This document shows positions 51,240 through 62,170 of a DNA stretch of 64,000 bases, piece after piece. The translations under genes and the position numbers were made by a program. The DNA comes from Epiperipatus broadwayi (taxonomy: Eukaryota > Animalia > Onychophora). The notes beneath the pieces were generated by a model. The model made no database searches. It worked only from the letters and a program-made list of their open reading frames with translations, and had not been told where the DNA came from. The DNA lies in the NCBI GenBank assembly GCA_028023455.1, contig JAQFVV010000005.1, positions 17,794,001 through 17,858,000 on the forward strand, read 5' to 3'. Numbering within the stretch: position 1 is the stretch's first letter; each line of letters begins with the position of its first letter.

Positions 51240-51590
51240 AAAATTGCAATAACATGAAATTCTATTTTTTTTCCCCTTATGCCAAAGCATCAGCCAGGAA
51301 ACGATCCCGCGACAACTCTCGGCTACTAACACCAACGCTTGGCAATTCTGTGTTTTTTTTTTGAAAAAGAAAAAAGGGAAGTAAAACAGTTATAATTCTT
51401 GAAAGAGTTTACACACAAGTTGTTCTGAGTAAAACACAAGTTTACGAGTGGTTTAATAGAAGTGTCAAATTCACCACATCTCAAAAAAGTGTGGCAAATA
51501 AAGTCCAATGTCAAGACAATGATAATTTTTCTTTTTTGGGATGCAAAGGTTATTGTGTTTTTATACTGTCTGGATACCCCCTCCCCTTCA
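51240..51590 (+). mobile_element. Mariner transposase remnant interrupted by a SINE
   Basis: NMKF.. / VLSKTQVYEWFNR (HTH) and KSNVKTMIIFFFWDAKVIVFLY (~KVM..VFWD.KG). Confidence 0.65.
51265..51343 (-). mobile_element. Internally deleted tRNA-derived SINE
   Basis: 5' GCCAAGCGTTGG and 3' GGCTGATGC ends retained, anticodon arm missing; AATTCT on both flanks. Confidence 0.7.
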
Positions 51591-51688
51591 ATTCCTGAAT
51601 GATTGACTTGCCAAACTAATTATATCTAAATTTTAACTGGTTGATTACAATTGTTTATAAATTATTTATTCAGACTGTATACAAATAT

Positions 51689-51721
51689 CACGTGGTTTCG
51701 TTAAAATTTTTCCCGCACGTG
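51689..51721. promoter_or_regulatory. Pair of CACGTG E-boxes
   Basis: CACGTG at 51689-51694 and 51716-51721 in a CpG-poor background. Confidence 0.3.
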
Positions 51722-52257
51722 GAAATCCCTTTGAAAGAATAAAAATGAAAGTTTTTTTTTAAAAAAAAAAAAATAATAATAATACATAGCAGCCTGATTT
51801 TAAACCTAGAATTTTGAATGGGAATTGGATGCTATGAATGAGTTATTGAAACAAAATAATACTTCTTTAAAAGAGCTTTCCACTGATATCATACATTTTT
51901 TCTCCCGATTAGTAATTAATTCTATAATTAAAATTCATGATAAATTTTATAAGTATATATTTCTACACACATATAAAACTATCTAAACTGATTGCTTAAT
52001 ATTTTGCCTTTATTAAATTATCGTGTTATAATTTACTGTTATAAAAATTACAGTTGTTTAGTCTTCATTCTCACGAAGTTGACTTTGTAAATTCTAACTC
52101 CTCTTCTTTCTTTGTCATCTCTAAACTATAAATATTGTTAACTAATAAATTTCTCAACTACGATTTCTGCTTTCATAAAACTTTACCAAATGACACTAAA
52201 GTAAAATAATCTCTTTTACAACTTAACGAAACCGGCCAACCAACCGCCAACACTTAC

Positions 52258-52340
52258 CCATCTCGGAAGTCGACCGCCTCAGGATCGATGACGATGGGAC
52301 ATAGCAAATTAATAATAATTGCCAGAGTGCCAAATTGCAA
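52258..52340 (-). other. Candidate exon (CpG-rich, consensus GTAAGT donor)
   Basis: Minus strand ...CCGAGATGG|GTAAGTG; two open frames (CNLALWQLLLICYVPSSSILRRSTSEM or LQFGTLAIIINLLCPIVIDPEAVDFRD); possible AAAG acceptor. Confidence 0.4.
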
Positions 52341-54978
52341 CTTTAATGAAATTTACTTATGCTAATTATTATTTCAATAATTTATAATAAAATATAATGA
52401 ATGGGTTAATAACTAATTATTGAACAAATAAAACACTGAAAGCGTTTTATAAATAATACTAATATCATAAATTTTGTATTTGTAGGAGAGGAAGACAATA
52501 TAAGCTCAACTCTCCATTGTAATTTCCATCTCTCAGCATACTCCCACCCATTTACCATCAAAGTCACAATTAAAATTTTAAAAGAATTAAAATATTCCTA
52601 TGCCCATCCCCATCCTCCTGATCCATTCCTCCATCACACTCGCATTTATAGGTCATCTGTACTCCTATTTCACTTCATTCTAAAATTTTCCATCTTGCTA
52701 GCTCTCTTTCCCCTCTAATTATCTCTCCTAAGGGCTTTAGAATAGTAATGCCTGGAAGTCTATATAATTTGCTACGAATTTATGGTGATAAATAAATACT
52801 CTCCCAGTGATTATTTCCATAGTTGACCTTGGCTGAATCTAACATAGCCAATGTCCACTTACTCTAAATTTCCAATAATTAAGATTAAGTTTTTAAATAT
52901 AAATTTTGAAAATAACGTATTATAAACACTTTGATAATTAAAGAAAAATTATTAACAAGTTCATCTGGGAAGGTATTTAAATACAGCGGATGAATAAAGA
53001 ATTTTATGTTCATCCACTGCATTCTCTATCACACAAAAACCCCACCGCATATCATAAATCTTTAATCTAAATGTGCTGAATTATTCTAATAACATTCTGA
53101 AATTGTGATTTGAATTCTGCAGTGTTTAATAACTTTATAAAATAATCTTTTAAATAAATTTTACCTGGTATGATTTAACAAAGTCAGTTATACTTCAAAT
53201 TTAAGTGGTAGTGTATCGGTGCATGACTGGAATTTCTAGAATTTATTAGAACCCAAAACAGTGAGACATAGACAGAAGTTTATTTTAAAACAACAATTTT
53301 ATTAACAGATACCAACTTAAAAAAAAAAAAAATCTACATTATTTGCACATTTCACATGACTTTTCCCTGTTCTTCAACCATTGTATATAAAAATTCACAA
53401 AATAAATAACTGATTTTGATACTTTATAAAATAACTAATATTATTTAACTTTTACTGACTGGGGTTTACACTTGCCATGGGAGAAAAAAAAAAGATTATA
53501 CTATTTACTTTAACAAATTTTAATATTAAAATATAAGATATCAACTTTTTCCTCATATTTTATGTCCTCAAAGAAATGATTTATTTTACGATTAACATAT
53601 TATTTACGAAGATAACTTTCCATATAATAAGGAGCTAGTACTTTACATTAATTATTTCAACCTAATATGCCATAACTCTATGCTTTAAATTGGAGATATT
53701 TCATGCATTATTTACCCTCTCGTGAATCAAATTACTTATTCAAGTGTTTAAGAATCGGTACTTGGCTTGATCATTCTTTTACATGCATGCAATCACATAT
53801 TAATGTCCCTACAATAATAATAATAATATCCTAGTTGCCAGTGAAATTCTCAGCTGGTTGCAGATATAACTTTAGATACACACTGCTTACTATAGTTAGT
53901 CCCTGTGTTTCTAAACTCTTAAATTCAATATTTAATTAAATCTGTTCATTCAAAATTCATTGTAATACTCAGGCATGTAAAATCTACAAATTCTAAAACT
54001 TTTGTATGATGCTGTAAAATATAAACATCCTATTTTGTGGCAAAGTGAAATCTTCACCATAATAATATCCTAGCAAAAAAACTTTAAGTGTGAAAGAATT
54101 TTAAATTAAATTTAACATGATCCAGCTTAAACCTCAACCATATTTGTTTGATATCATTCTGTTTAACTAATTTTGTGTCACTGCACATCTGGAATCATAA
54201 AAACCCGCTCACCTATCCATATGTTTATACTTGAATGTTTAAAAATCATATGCACGGAATCAATTGTATGGGTGCGGATGCGCTTGACACGCACGAATAC
54301 TCCCTAAATTTGTTTGTAACAATTCTTGTGGATTGCATTGTAATATACAAACTTATGCCTCTTGAATTGTCTTGAGGCACAAATAAAGGCATTTGAAAGT
54401 AAATGAAAAAAGACTTTTTTTTCTGATTTAGAAGTGAAGAAAAAATGATGGACATGTTAAAAGGCATCTCTTTTCTAAAGTTTCCAGACTACTTCAAAAG
54501 GTGAAAATAGGTTTAAAATGGTGCATTGCATTAAATGGACAATATTTTGAAAGAAATTCAATTTTGTAACATTTAAAAATAAATCCACATTTGTTTTTTT
54601 AGAAAATTCCAGTTACTTTTAAGTACCCCCTCATAGTGTATAATAAACCATTTAATATAAATCTAATAATTGCATATGCATAATAAATTCTAACACACAT
54701 AGAATTTAACTCATAGCAATCAAAAGGAGGGTTAATTATAATTATTATTATTTTTTAGTGGATTTGATTGAATTTCAAAATCAACCTTTGACATAAAATA
54801 CCAATTACACTCATCTTTCTTTTTTAACACTTGAATACTTTTGCAAGCATGCACATTCCTTTTATTATTTATCTGACATCTTTGCATTAAAGAAAACCTT
54901 TTTTAAAAATGTTAAATCATAATGCACCCACATATATATAGTAAATACAAAATAGAGAGAATTTCTTTTTTATATATA

Positions 54979-56546
54979 CACCTGGGTCTCGTTTTATGCG
55001 GTAGATGGGTTCCTCAGAAAACGTGCACAAAAGAAATCGCACAAAAATAGACTTAACTTACCTTGAAAAATGGGGAATACGTACTGTAATTTTCCAAAAG
55101 TCACATAAAAGCAAAGCAACAACGTAAAATTACTTTAAAATTCGCATAAAAAAATAAGAAAATAAAATATGACTAATAAAAAATTTCAAATTTGAAAAAA
55201 ATTGATACAAGACAAACTTTTTTTACTTTTTTTATTAACTACAGTATTTAATTTTATTCAAAACAATATATTTTTATGCATAATTTATATTTTTTCATAC
55301 ATGTATGGTATTTTAATTATTATCGCTATTTGAGACATCAGATTTGTCATGATGTGATGTGAGGTACTGTAGCTTCTCCTTAAATGAAGTCAAGAGAAAA
55401 TACAACTAAAATGTTTTCCAATCGCTATTGAAACTTCCCATTTCGCTAAGCAATCTAAAATTGAAAATTTTGTTTCCAAAGAAAATCATTTTCTTGGGTG
55501 TTTTTTTCTCTCTTCTTAGAGTAAACTAAAAGTTTAAAATAAAAATAAGAACTTAGACTTATGACAATAAAAAGACACCAACTGACCACTGTTGAGAAAA
55601 ATTTAATTAAAACTAACAATTAAAAATTAAATTCTTATTTTTGTCTTTAATTTTTTTAATTTTCAATTCTGTTTAAAAATCAAATTTCATCGCTTCACAT
55701 CACCTCATTATGTAATTTTTAAATTGTTAATTACAATTAAAAATCAGATTTTAATTGTCAAATTTAATTGTGCCTATCGCTGTTACTCACCTTTTAAAAT
55801 AAACTTGCGGACACTAAATGATTAATTGATTATGTACTCATTTTATAAAAAGCAAAAATTGAACGTGATTTAAAATGCAAAAACAACAACATACATCGTA
55901 AAGGCATCTATAATGTTTGAACAGATTTACATTATAATCTTGTAAAATTTATTACTTGCGGACACTAAATGATTAATTAATTACATGCTCTTTTTATAAA
56001 AAGCAAAAATAAAACGTGATTTAAAATGCAAAAACAACAACAAACAGAATTTTTCATCTATAACGTTTGAACAGATTTACATTATAGTCTTGTAATATTT
56101 ACTGAGGCTATAACCTCGATAATATGCATATAAAATGCAATAGTAGGGACCTCTACATGTGTTTTAACCACAAGCTTACACTATGGAAGAAAAGAGGGGA
56201 ATTGTAAAATTTAATGTGTGTATATAAAATGGGAAAATTCTGATTTTAAGTGAATTATGAACTTCTTTATTACATAAAATCTATTATAGTACTATTATAA
56301 AGCACTGAAAATATTGAAATTATTAGATGGAAATCAAACTCCGATAATGTGCTATTACTTTAAATATGACGTGAGTGTGCAAAATTTATAATATTTAAAG
56401 TAATAGCGCATTATTAGAGCTTGACTTCTGATCTAATAATTTTTATCACATAAAAGAAAACCACATACAAAGATATTAAGAAGAATCAAGAATCGCATAA
56501 CTTCAAAATCGCATTAAATAAATCCGCATAAAACGAGACCCGGGTG
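54979..56546. mobile_element. Non-autonomous DNA transposon with ~23-bp TIRs and TA TSD (Tc1/mariner/pogo superfamily)
   Basis: TA|CACCTGGGTCTCGTTTTATGCGG ... CCGCATAAAACGAGACCCGGGTG|TA; internal ~155-bp direct duplication (55800-56095). Confidence 0.85.
56095..56200 (+). repeat. Family E copy nested in the DNA transposon
   Basis: GAGGCTATAACCTCGATAATATGC...GGGACCTCTACATGTGTTTTAACCACAAGCTTAC. Confidence 0.75.
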
Positions 56547-57589
56547 TATATCCAAATTTTTTTTCTTCAAAACTTTCAATTTCTGCATTAAACCATCAGT
56601 AATATAAAATATGGTTTATTAGTATTAAATATAAATTTAAATAAAGCTTAAAATAGTTAATACATTAGGATTACCAGTTAAACATTTTTTTTACTTACAA
56701 AACAAAAGTTCTACAGCTGGAGATTGATTTCTACTATGATGAAAAATATTAAATGATTCCATTTGTAAGTTGACAAAATGTTTTTTAAGAATCTCCTGTC
56801 TTTGAAATTTGAAGTTTAAGCATTGATTCTTCATTTTAATTATGAATTTGTTTGAAAAATAACATGGTCAGGTTCCAGAGATTCAGGTCAGATTTTAGCA
56901 GTCAGCAGTTTTTCCTTTTTTCTACTCAGTCATCATAATAAAGATTTTATGTAGCTTAAATAAATTGAGAATCCTGATAGATTTTGATGTCTTGTTTTTA
57001 ACAGCCTTGAATTTTGTTTTTCACATATTTGATCTTGTTTTTAACACTTTAAATATCTTATTTTTGAAATCTTTATGACCAGATTTTATTTTAATTACAA
57101 GAATTTTAAAAACACTTATTATTTAATTGGTTGAACTTGCAAAACATTGCAATTATTAAATTGTTTGAATTTTTTTTTTGTTTTCAAATCTCATATCAAA
57201 ACAGGTTTAATCTTTTTTAAAAAATTATTTTCAATTTAATTATTTAAAATCTATTTCTTAACTGAGTTGTTTTGAAATACAGTCCTTACATTCTTTGATA
57301 AGAGAAAGTTTTAACATAATTTATATAATTTATCAATTTCTCTTAAATTTAAATATTTTTATCAAACCTATTACATTATTTAATATTATTTTATAATATG
57401 ACATTTAATAATTTTAACATATGAATATACATATTATTATTACCTTTAATACCTTTTTTTACTTCTGCATTGCTATATTTAGTAATCCTAACAACTCTGA
57501 ACCAACTCACAACCATGTGGAAGATCACATGACTAACACTAAAATGAAGAACATTATTCATTTCAATATATATATTAAATGGAGATTAT

Positions 57590-58290
57590 TTAAGTCATTT
57601 AGATTTTGAAGATGATGTAGATGTTTTTGCAAATAATGCTTTAGAGCATTAGGTATGAAAGTAAGAAAATGAGACTACAAGTAATTGTTAAAAAGACTAA
57701 ATTACTGCTCAATATATTTTCTCAAAAAAAGAAAATAAATATTAATAATTATGAATTAGAAGAAGTTAATAATTACATATACCTTGGTCAGATTATTACT
57801 GTAGATGGAAACATAATGGATAAAATTAATCATAGAATTTAACTTAATTGGAATGTTCCTGGTAGAAATAACAATATTAAAAAGAAATATGCCAAAGTGT
57901 TTGAAAAGGAAGTTTTAAAATAAATGTTTTACCACTTATTACTTATGGATCTCAGACTGGGTACTTAACAGAAGATCAATATAGAGATTTCACACTATTC
58001 AATGAAGTATGGAGAGTTGTAAGTTAGAAGTAACAAGAAGAGATTGGAAACAAAATACATGGGCTGGACATATTGCTAGAAGAGATGATAACAGAAAGAC
58101 CGTTGAAATCTTAAAATGAATTCCATTAGATTGAAAAAGACCTAAGAAAAAATGACACGAGATAAATGGATGAAATAAAGAAGTCTGCTGGGATTATGTG
58201 AAGAAGAGAGGCTAGTGATTGAAGAAGATGGATTGAACTTGGAGAGACCTTCATATTGCAGTGGATTGATAATGATATATATAAAATAAA
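57590..58290 (+). mobile_element. Decayed RTE-clade RT C-terminus and 3' end
   Basis: LSHLDFEDDVDVFA (catalytic), EEVNNYIYLGQII, WAGHIARRDDNR. Confidence 0.88.
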
Positions 58291-60576
58291 TAATGGAAGC
58301 ACATTTATTGCTCACTATAATGATAAATTTTAAATAAGCCTTGAATACCATAACATCTATGTTACTGTAGAAGCATTAACAAATTATTCACAGAATATGT
58401 AGTTCTCTTGATCAAAACACAGATTTAACAATTATATCAATCCAAAATATTCAGTTCATACAGAACTGCAGTGAAATATATAACTTTAGCACTGAAGATA
58501 AAATATATTAATTCAGTTAGTTATAAAAAGGTGTTACTGATATAACGCTAAAGAGATGAGTGCTCATATTTTAGCATGACTAATGAGCTAGTACTGAAGT
58601 GGACAAAAGTGCCTGGAATACTCATTTATGGTGCTACAGCTGTTTGGAAAATTCAAGATGCTTAAAATAAAGTCTAAGAAAATGATAACTGTATTTTCAC
58701 TACTTATGGTAAATATATTTGCATGCATTAATAAATTTATGATATATATAGCACAGTAAAAGTAACGTCTTTTCATCGTAACACTTCCTGTCAAAATGCA
58801 TGTAAGAATAAATGAACTCATATCTTTAAGATCTGAAATTGCAAAATATATTATTTTATTCTTGTAGGCATTCTGTCAAAGATGGAGTGCTACAGTAATA
58901 ATGACATTATACAGAATTAAAAAAAAATTAATTTTCATTATTTTACATTAAATTGGGAAATATTTTATTTATTAATATATATACAAGTAATCTCTTAATT
59001 TCTATTGCATTTAATTCTACTTTACAACAGTAATAAATTAAGAGACAGAGCAATCACATGACTGAATGCACATAAAAATTGCAGGACAAGGAAATAGCTG
59101 CGATGATGCATGACAATGCTCAGTCACAAAAATTTGACACTAAAAATGTATGGATTCAAATTTGCAATATTCTACTTTTGTTAAAACATTTTAACAAACT
59201 ATAGGTTATTGAAATCTTGAATAGTGAATTAATGGAATACAGTAAATTAATGTATATACATTAAAATGAATATTTTCTTCGCTAAAAGATGTCAACATAT
59301 ATTTTGTTTTCATCCATGTATGTGTTTACTTATTATTAATATCAATGTGAGACTGATATTTTGATTGGATTATAAACCCATCATCCAATAGCAAAGAATT
59401 CTTCCAAATGCGTATTGCAAAATGCTGAAAATAGTAAATACATACATAAATAAATTTAATAGATAAAGAGAATAAGAGAGTAAAAAAAAAATAGAAACAA
59501 TCTTAAATAGCTTATTACAGGACAAATATTTTTGTATATTCCTAAATGAAAGGAAAAGAATCTTTCCTAAGCTAGTCAATTGTTAATTCACAAGAGTTTT
59601 TATGATTTTTGTTACTTTTTTAATCTGCTAAGTCTATTTAATCATCCATTTACCAACCAGTGACTAAATGATTAATTAAGTTGCTCATACTTTGACTAGT
59701 TAACAAAAAACTCATATTTCTTTGAAAAACTTCAGTCATTCCGAAAACAATTACAAATTATATCTGAATTAAAGGCTTAAAATATGGATATGGAGGACAG
59801 GCATGCTAACAACATGAAGTATTACATATATAGAGAGAAAGAAAATCAAGTAATACATCATGTGACTTAATTTAATAAGCTTGTAATTACAAATGTAAAT
59901 ACAATGAGCATGCTAATAGCTCCAAACAAGCTTTCGCCCCGATAAATGCCACAAGAAAAAGCATTCAAAATCCCTATCTAGAATTATCCCTGTCTCCTAA
60001 CCAACTTATGGTTCAATATATATATTCACCCATACATTTAATGGGAATTCACCTTTTATCAATAGAGATTGCTTTGACAACAGATTGTAGATTTTACTGG
60101 CTTATTAAGCTTTGACTGCTATATGAATTATTTATTTATATATAAAGCATAACACTCGAAAATAAAGGGGGTTAGGAAAATTTTTAAATTTTTCTCCCAA
60201 ACCCCCTTTTCTCCCCACCCTGTTTTTGGGGGTGGGGCCCCCCCAGGGGAGAGAAAAATTGGAACCAAAACCAAAAAATCAACCCCAAAAACCACTTGTT
60301 AATTTTAGGTTTTTTAGGGTTTGGTCCTTTCTTTTGATTTTTGTAATAAAATCCAAAAAAGAATTTTATTGTTTAATAGATTGTTTATTAATTATTATTT
60401 ATATATATAATAAAACACTGAAATTAATTTTAATACATTATACAGGTTTAAACCAGCATTTATATATGTAATATATGTGGGGTTCGAACTCAGATTTTCA
60501 TACAACCCACCACTCTCAATGCCATCTCATATTGCTGACCCACCTGATCACACACATAATGAAAAGATAAATAATC

Positions 60577-60620
60577 ACCCATATATGTATTTCATGCTCA
60601 ACCAGCAATCATCAGTTGGT
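60577..60620 (-). ncRNA. Hammerhead ribozyme, family A
   Basis: Reverse complement ACCAA-CUGAUGA-UUGCUGGUUGAGCAU-GAAA-UACAUA-UA-UGGGU. Confidence 0.8.
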
Positions 60621-61068
60621 CTAGATTACTATCCTCATACACATATATAATCAGTACTCAGCTTTATATTAAGATAGCCAATCTTTATACTTTAATGGAC
60701 AGGCTTCAAACTATTCCAACTCACAACTCTTTAGCCTTCCATTTCATGGAAAATCTGATGATGGAACGTTCAAAGCCATTGTTAGTGCCAAGGTTGTCAT
60801 CCTACCCATGTTGACATATTAGTCATTCTAACCCCTCATGTACAGGAGAATAATCCATTTATACATACATATGTGAGGGATGGGCAGACCTTTTACACAC
60901 TATTTATGTAAGTTAATACATTGTACAGGCTTAAACCGGCATTTATATATGTAATATATGCAGGGTTTGAACTCAGACTTTCACACAACCCACCACTCTC
61001 AATGCCATCTCATATCTTATTATAAAGCTGAGTACTGATTATATATGTGTGTGAGGATAGTAATCTAG

Positions 61069-61106
61069 ACCAACTGATAATTTCTGGTTGATATACGTAT
61101 ATTGGT
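61069..61106 (+). ncRNA. Broken family A hammerhead
   Basis: CTGATAA core plus deletion of the AGCATGAA segment. Confidence 0.45.
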
Positions 61107-61879
61107 GATTATTTATCTTTTCAACATGTGTGTGATCAGGTGGGTCAGCAATATGAGATGGCATTGAGAGTGGTGGGTTGTGTGAAAGTCTGAGTTTGAA
61201 ATTAATTTTATAATTTTCAATATACCAATATATAAATAAATAAGTAAATAAATAACAGCTATAGATAGCTTGACATAACCGATCATTGGGCTATAGATAA
61301 CTTCTTGGTGATTGGGCCATGTAGACCCACGTACAGATACACATTGGGCAAGATTATAGTAACCCTTTTGTGGATGTAACAGTTGTCTGGAGTGTGTCCT
61401 TTTATAAACAAGATTAATAATTGGGTTTTTTTTGTACATTTAATGCTTATCACATTTGGTAAGTGGACCTGAAAAACTTCTATGTAATCTTTAACAATAA
61501 AGTTTATTTTGAAAGATAACTGCTATATTAAAAAAATCAACAGATAGAATTTTATAAAAAAATCAAAATTTTCTTAACAACCCAACATGAATGGTCAATT
61601 TCCCATAATTTGTGTATGATTTCACAATTATACTGCTTGTTTAATAAATTATCCATGATATTTATAAAATATACTTTTTGGATTTTCTTTTACTTCAAAT
61701 CATTTTCCACATGTAAAATAAAAACATTGTTAAAATAAAAAGTTCCATTTTAAATAACTGAATATTCCAAATAGATTTAAATCTAAATTATGTTCATGAT
61801 TTTGATTTTTAAAATGCTAATCGTAAATGTTATTCAAGATGGCAGTCTGGCCATAAGCTAACTATAGTCTTCATTTATT

Positions 61880-62170
61880 TAAGTGTAGGGGATTTGAATT
61901 CAGATTTTCAAGGACCCTTTAAGTATCCACACTATCTCATAGAACTGATACACAAGAGCACACACATGTAGAAAAGATAAATAATCACTAATATATGTAT
62001 TTCAGGCTAAACCAGCTCTCATCAGTTGGTCCAGATTATCATCTCCCACACACATATATATAATCAATGCTCTGTTTATATTAAGATAGCAAATCTTCAT
62101 ACTTTAATGGACAGGCTTCAATATACTCCAATCTCCAACTCTTCAGCCATCCACATCATTGAAAATCTGC
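61880..62170 (-). mobile_element. Family A copy with hammerhead at 61987-62030
   Basis: Reverse complement ACCAA-CUGAUGA-GAGCUGGUUUAGCCU-GAAA-UACAUA-UA-UUAGU; flanks homologous to the family A monomer. Confidence 0.8.

Larger units (their letters stand above)
60433..61196. mobile_element. Family A subfamily array: ~1.2 tandem 483-nt monomers on minus (60433-61015) plus inverted arm (61020-61196)
   Basis: Unit repeats at 60433 and 60916; 14-bp TSD TGAAATTAATTTTA (60419-60432, 61197-61210). Confidence 0.88.

Noticed and set aside
54246-54467. CpG-containing ORF as a host exon
   Set aside because: No clear splice acceptor or recognisable homology.
60165-60360. GC-rich, homopolymer-rich quasi-palindromic patch and ORF 60226-60471
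   Set aside because: Runs of G/C/A/T with no family match; looks like low-quality sequence or an assembly artefact.
1869-61196. Amplification (MDA) chimeras as the source of the many inversions
   Set aside because: Arms are bounded by element ends, often flanked by TSDs and variably diverged, unlike random chimeras; read-level confirmation is still advisable for the youngest (36.4 and 45.0 kb).
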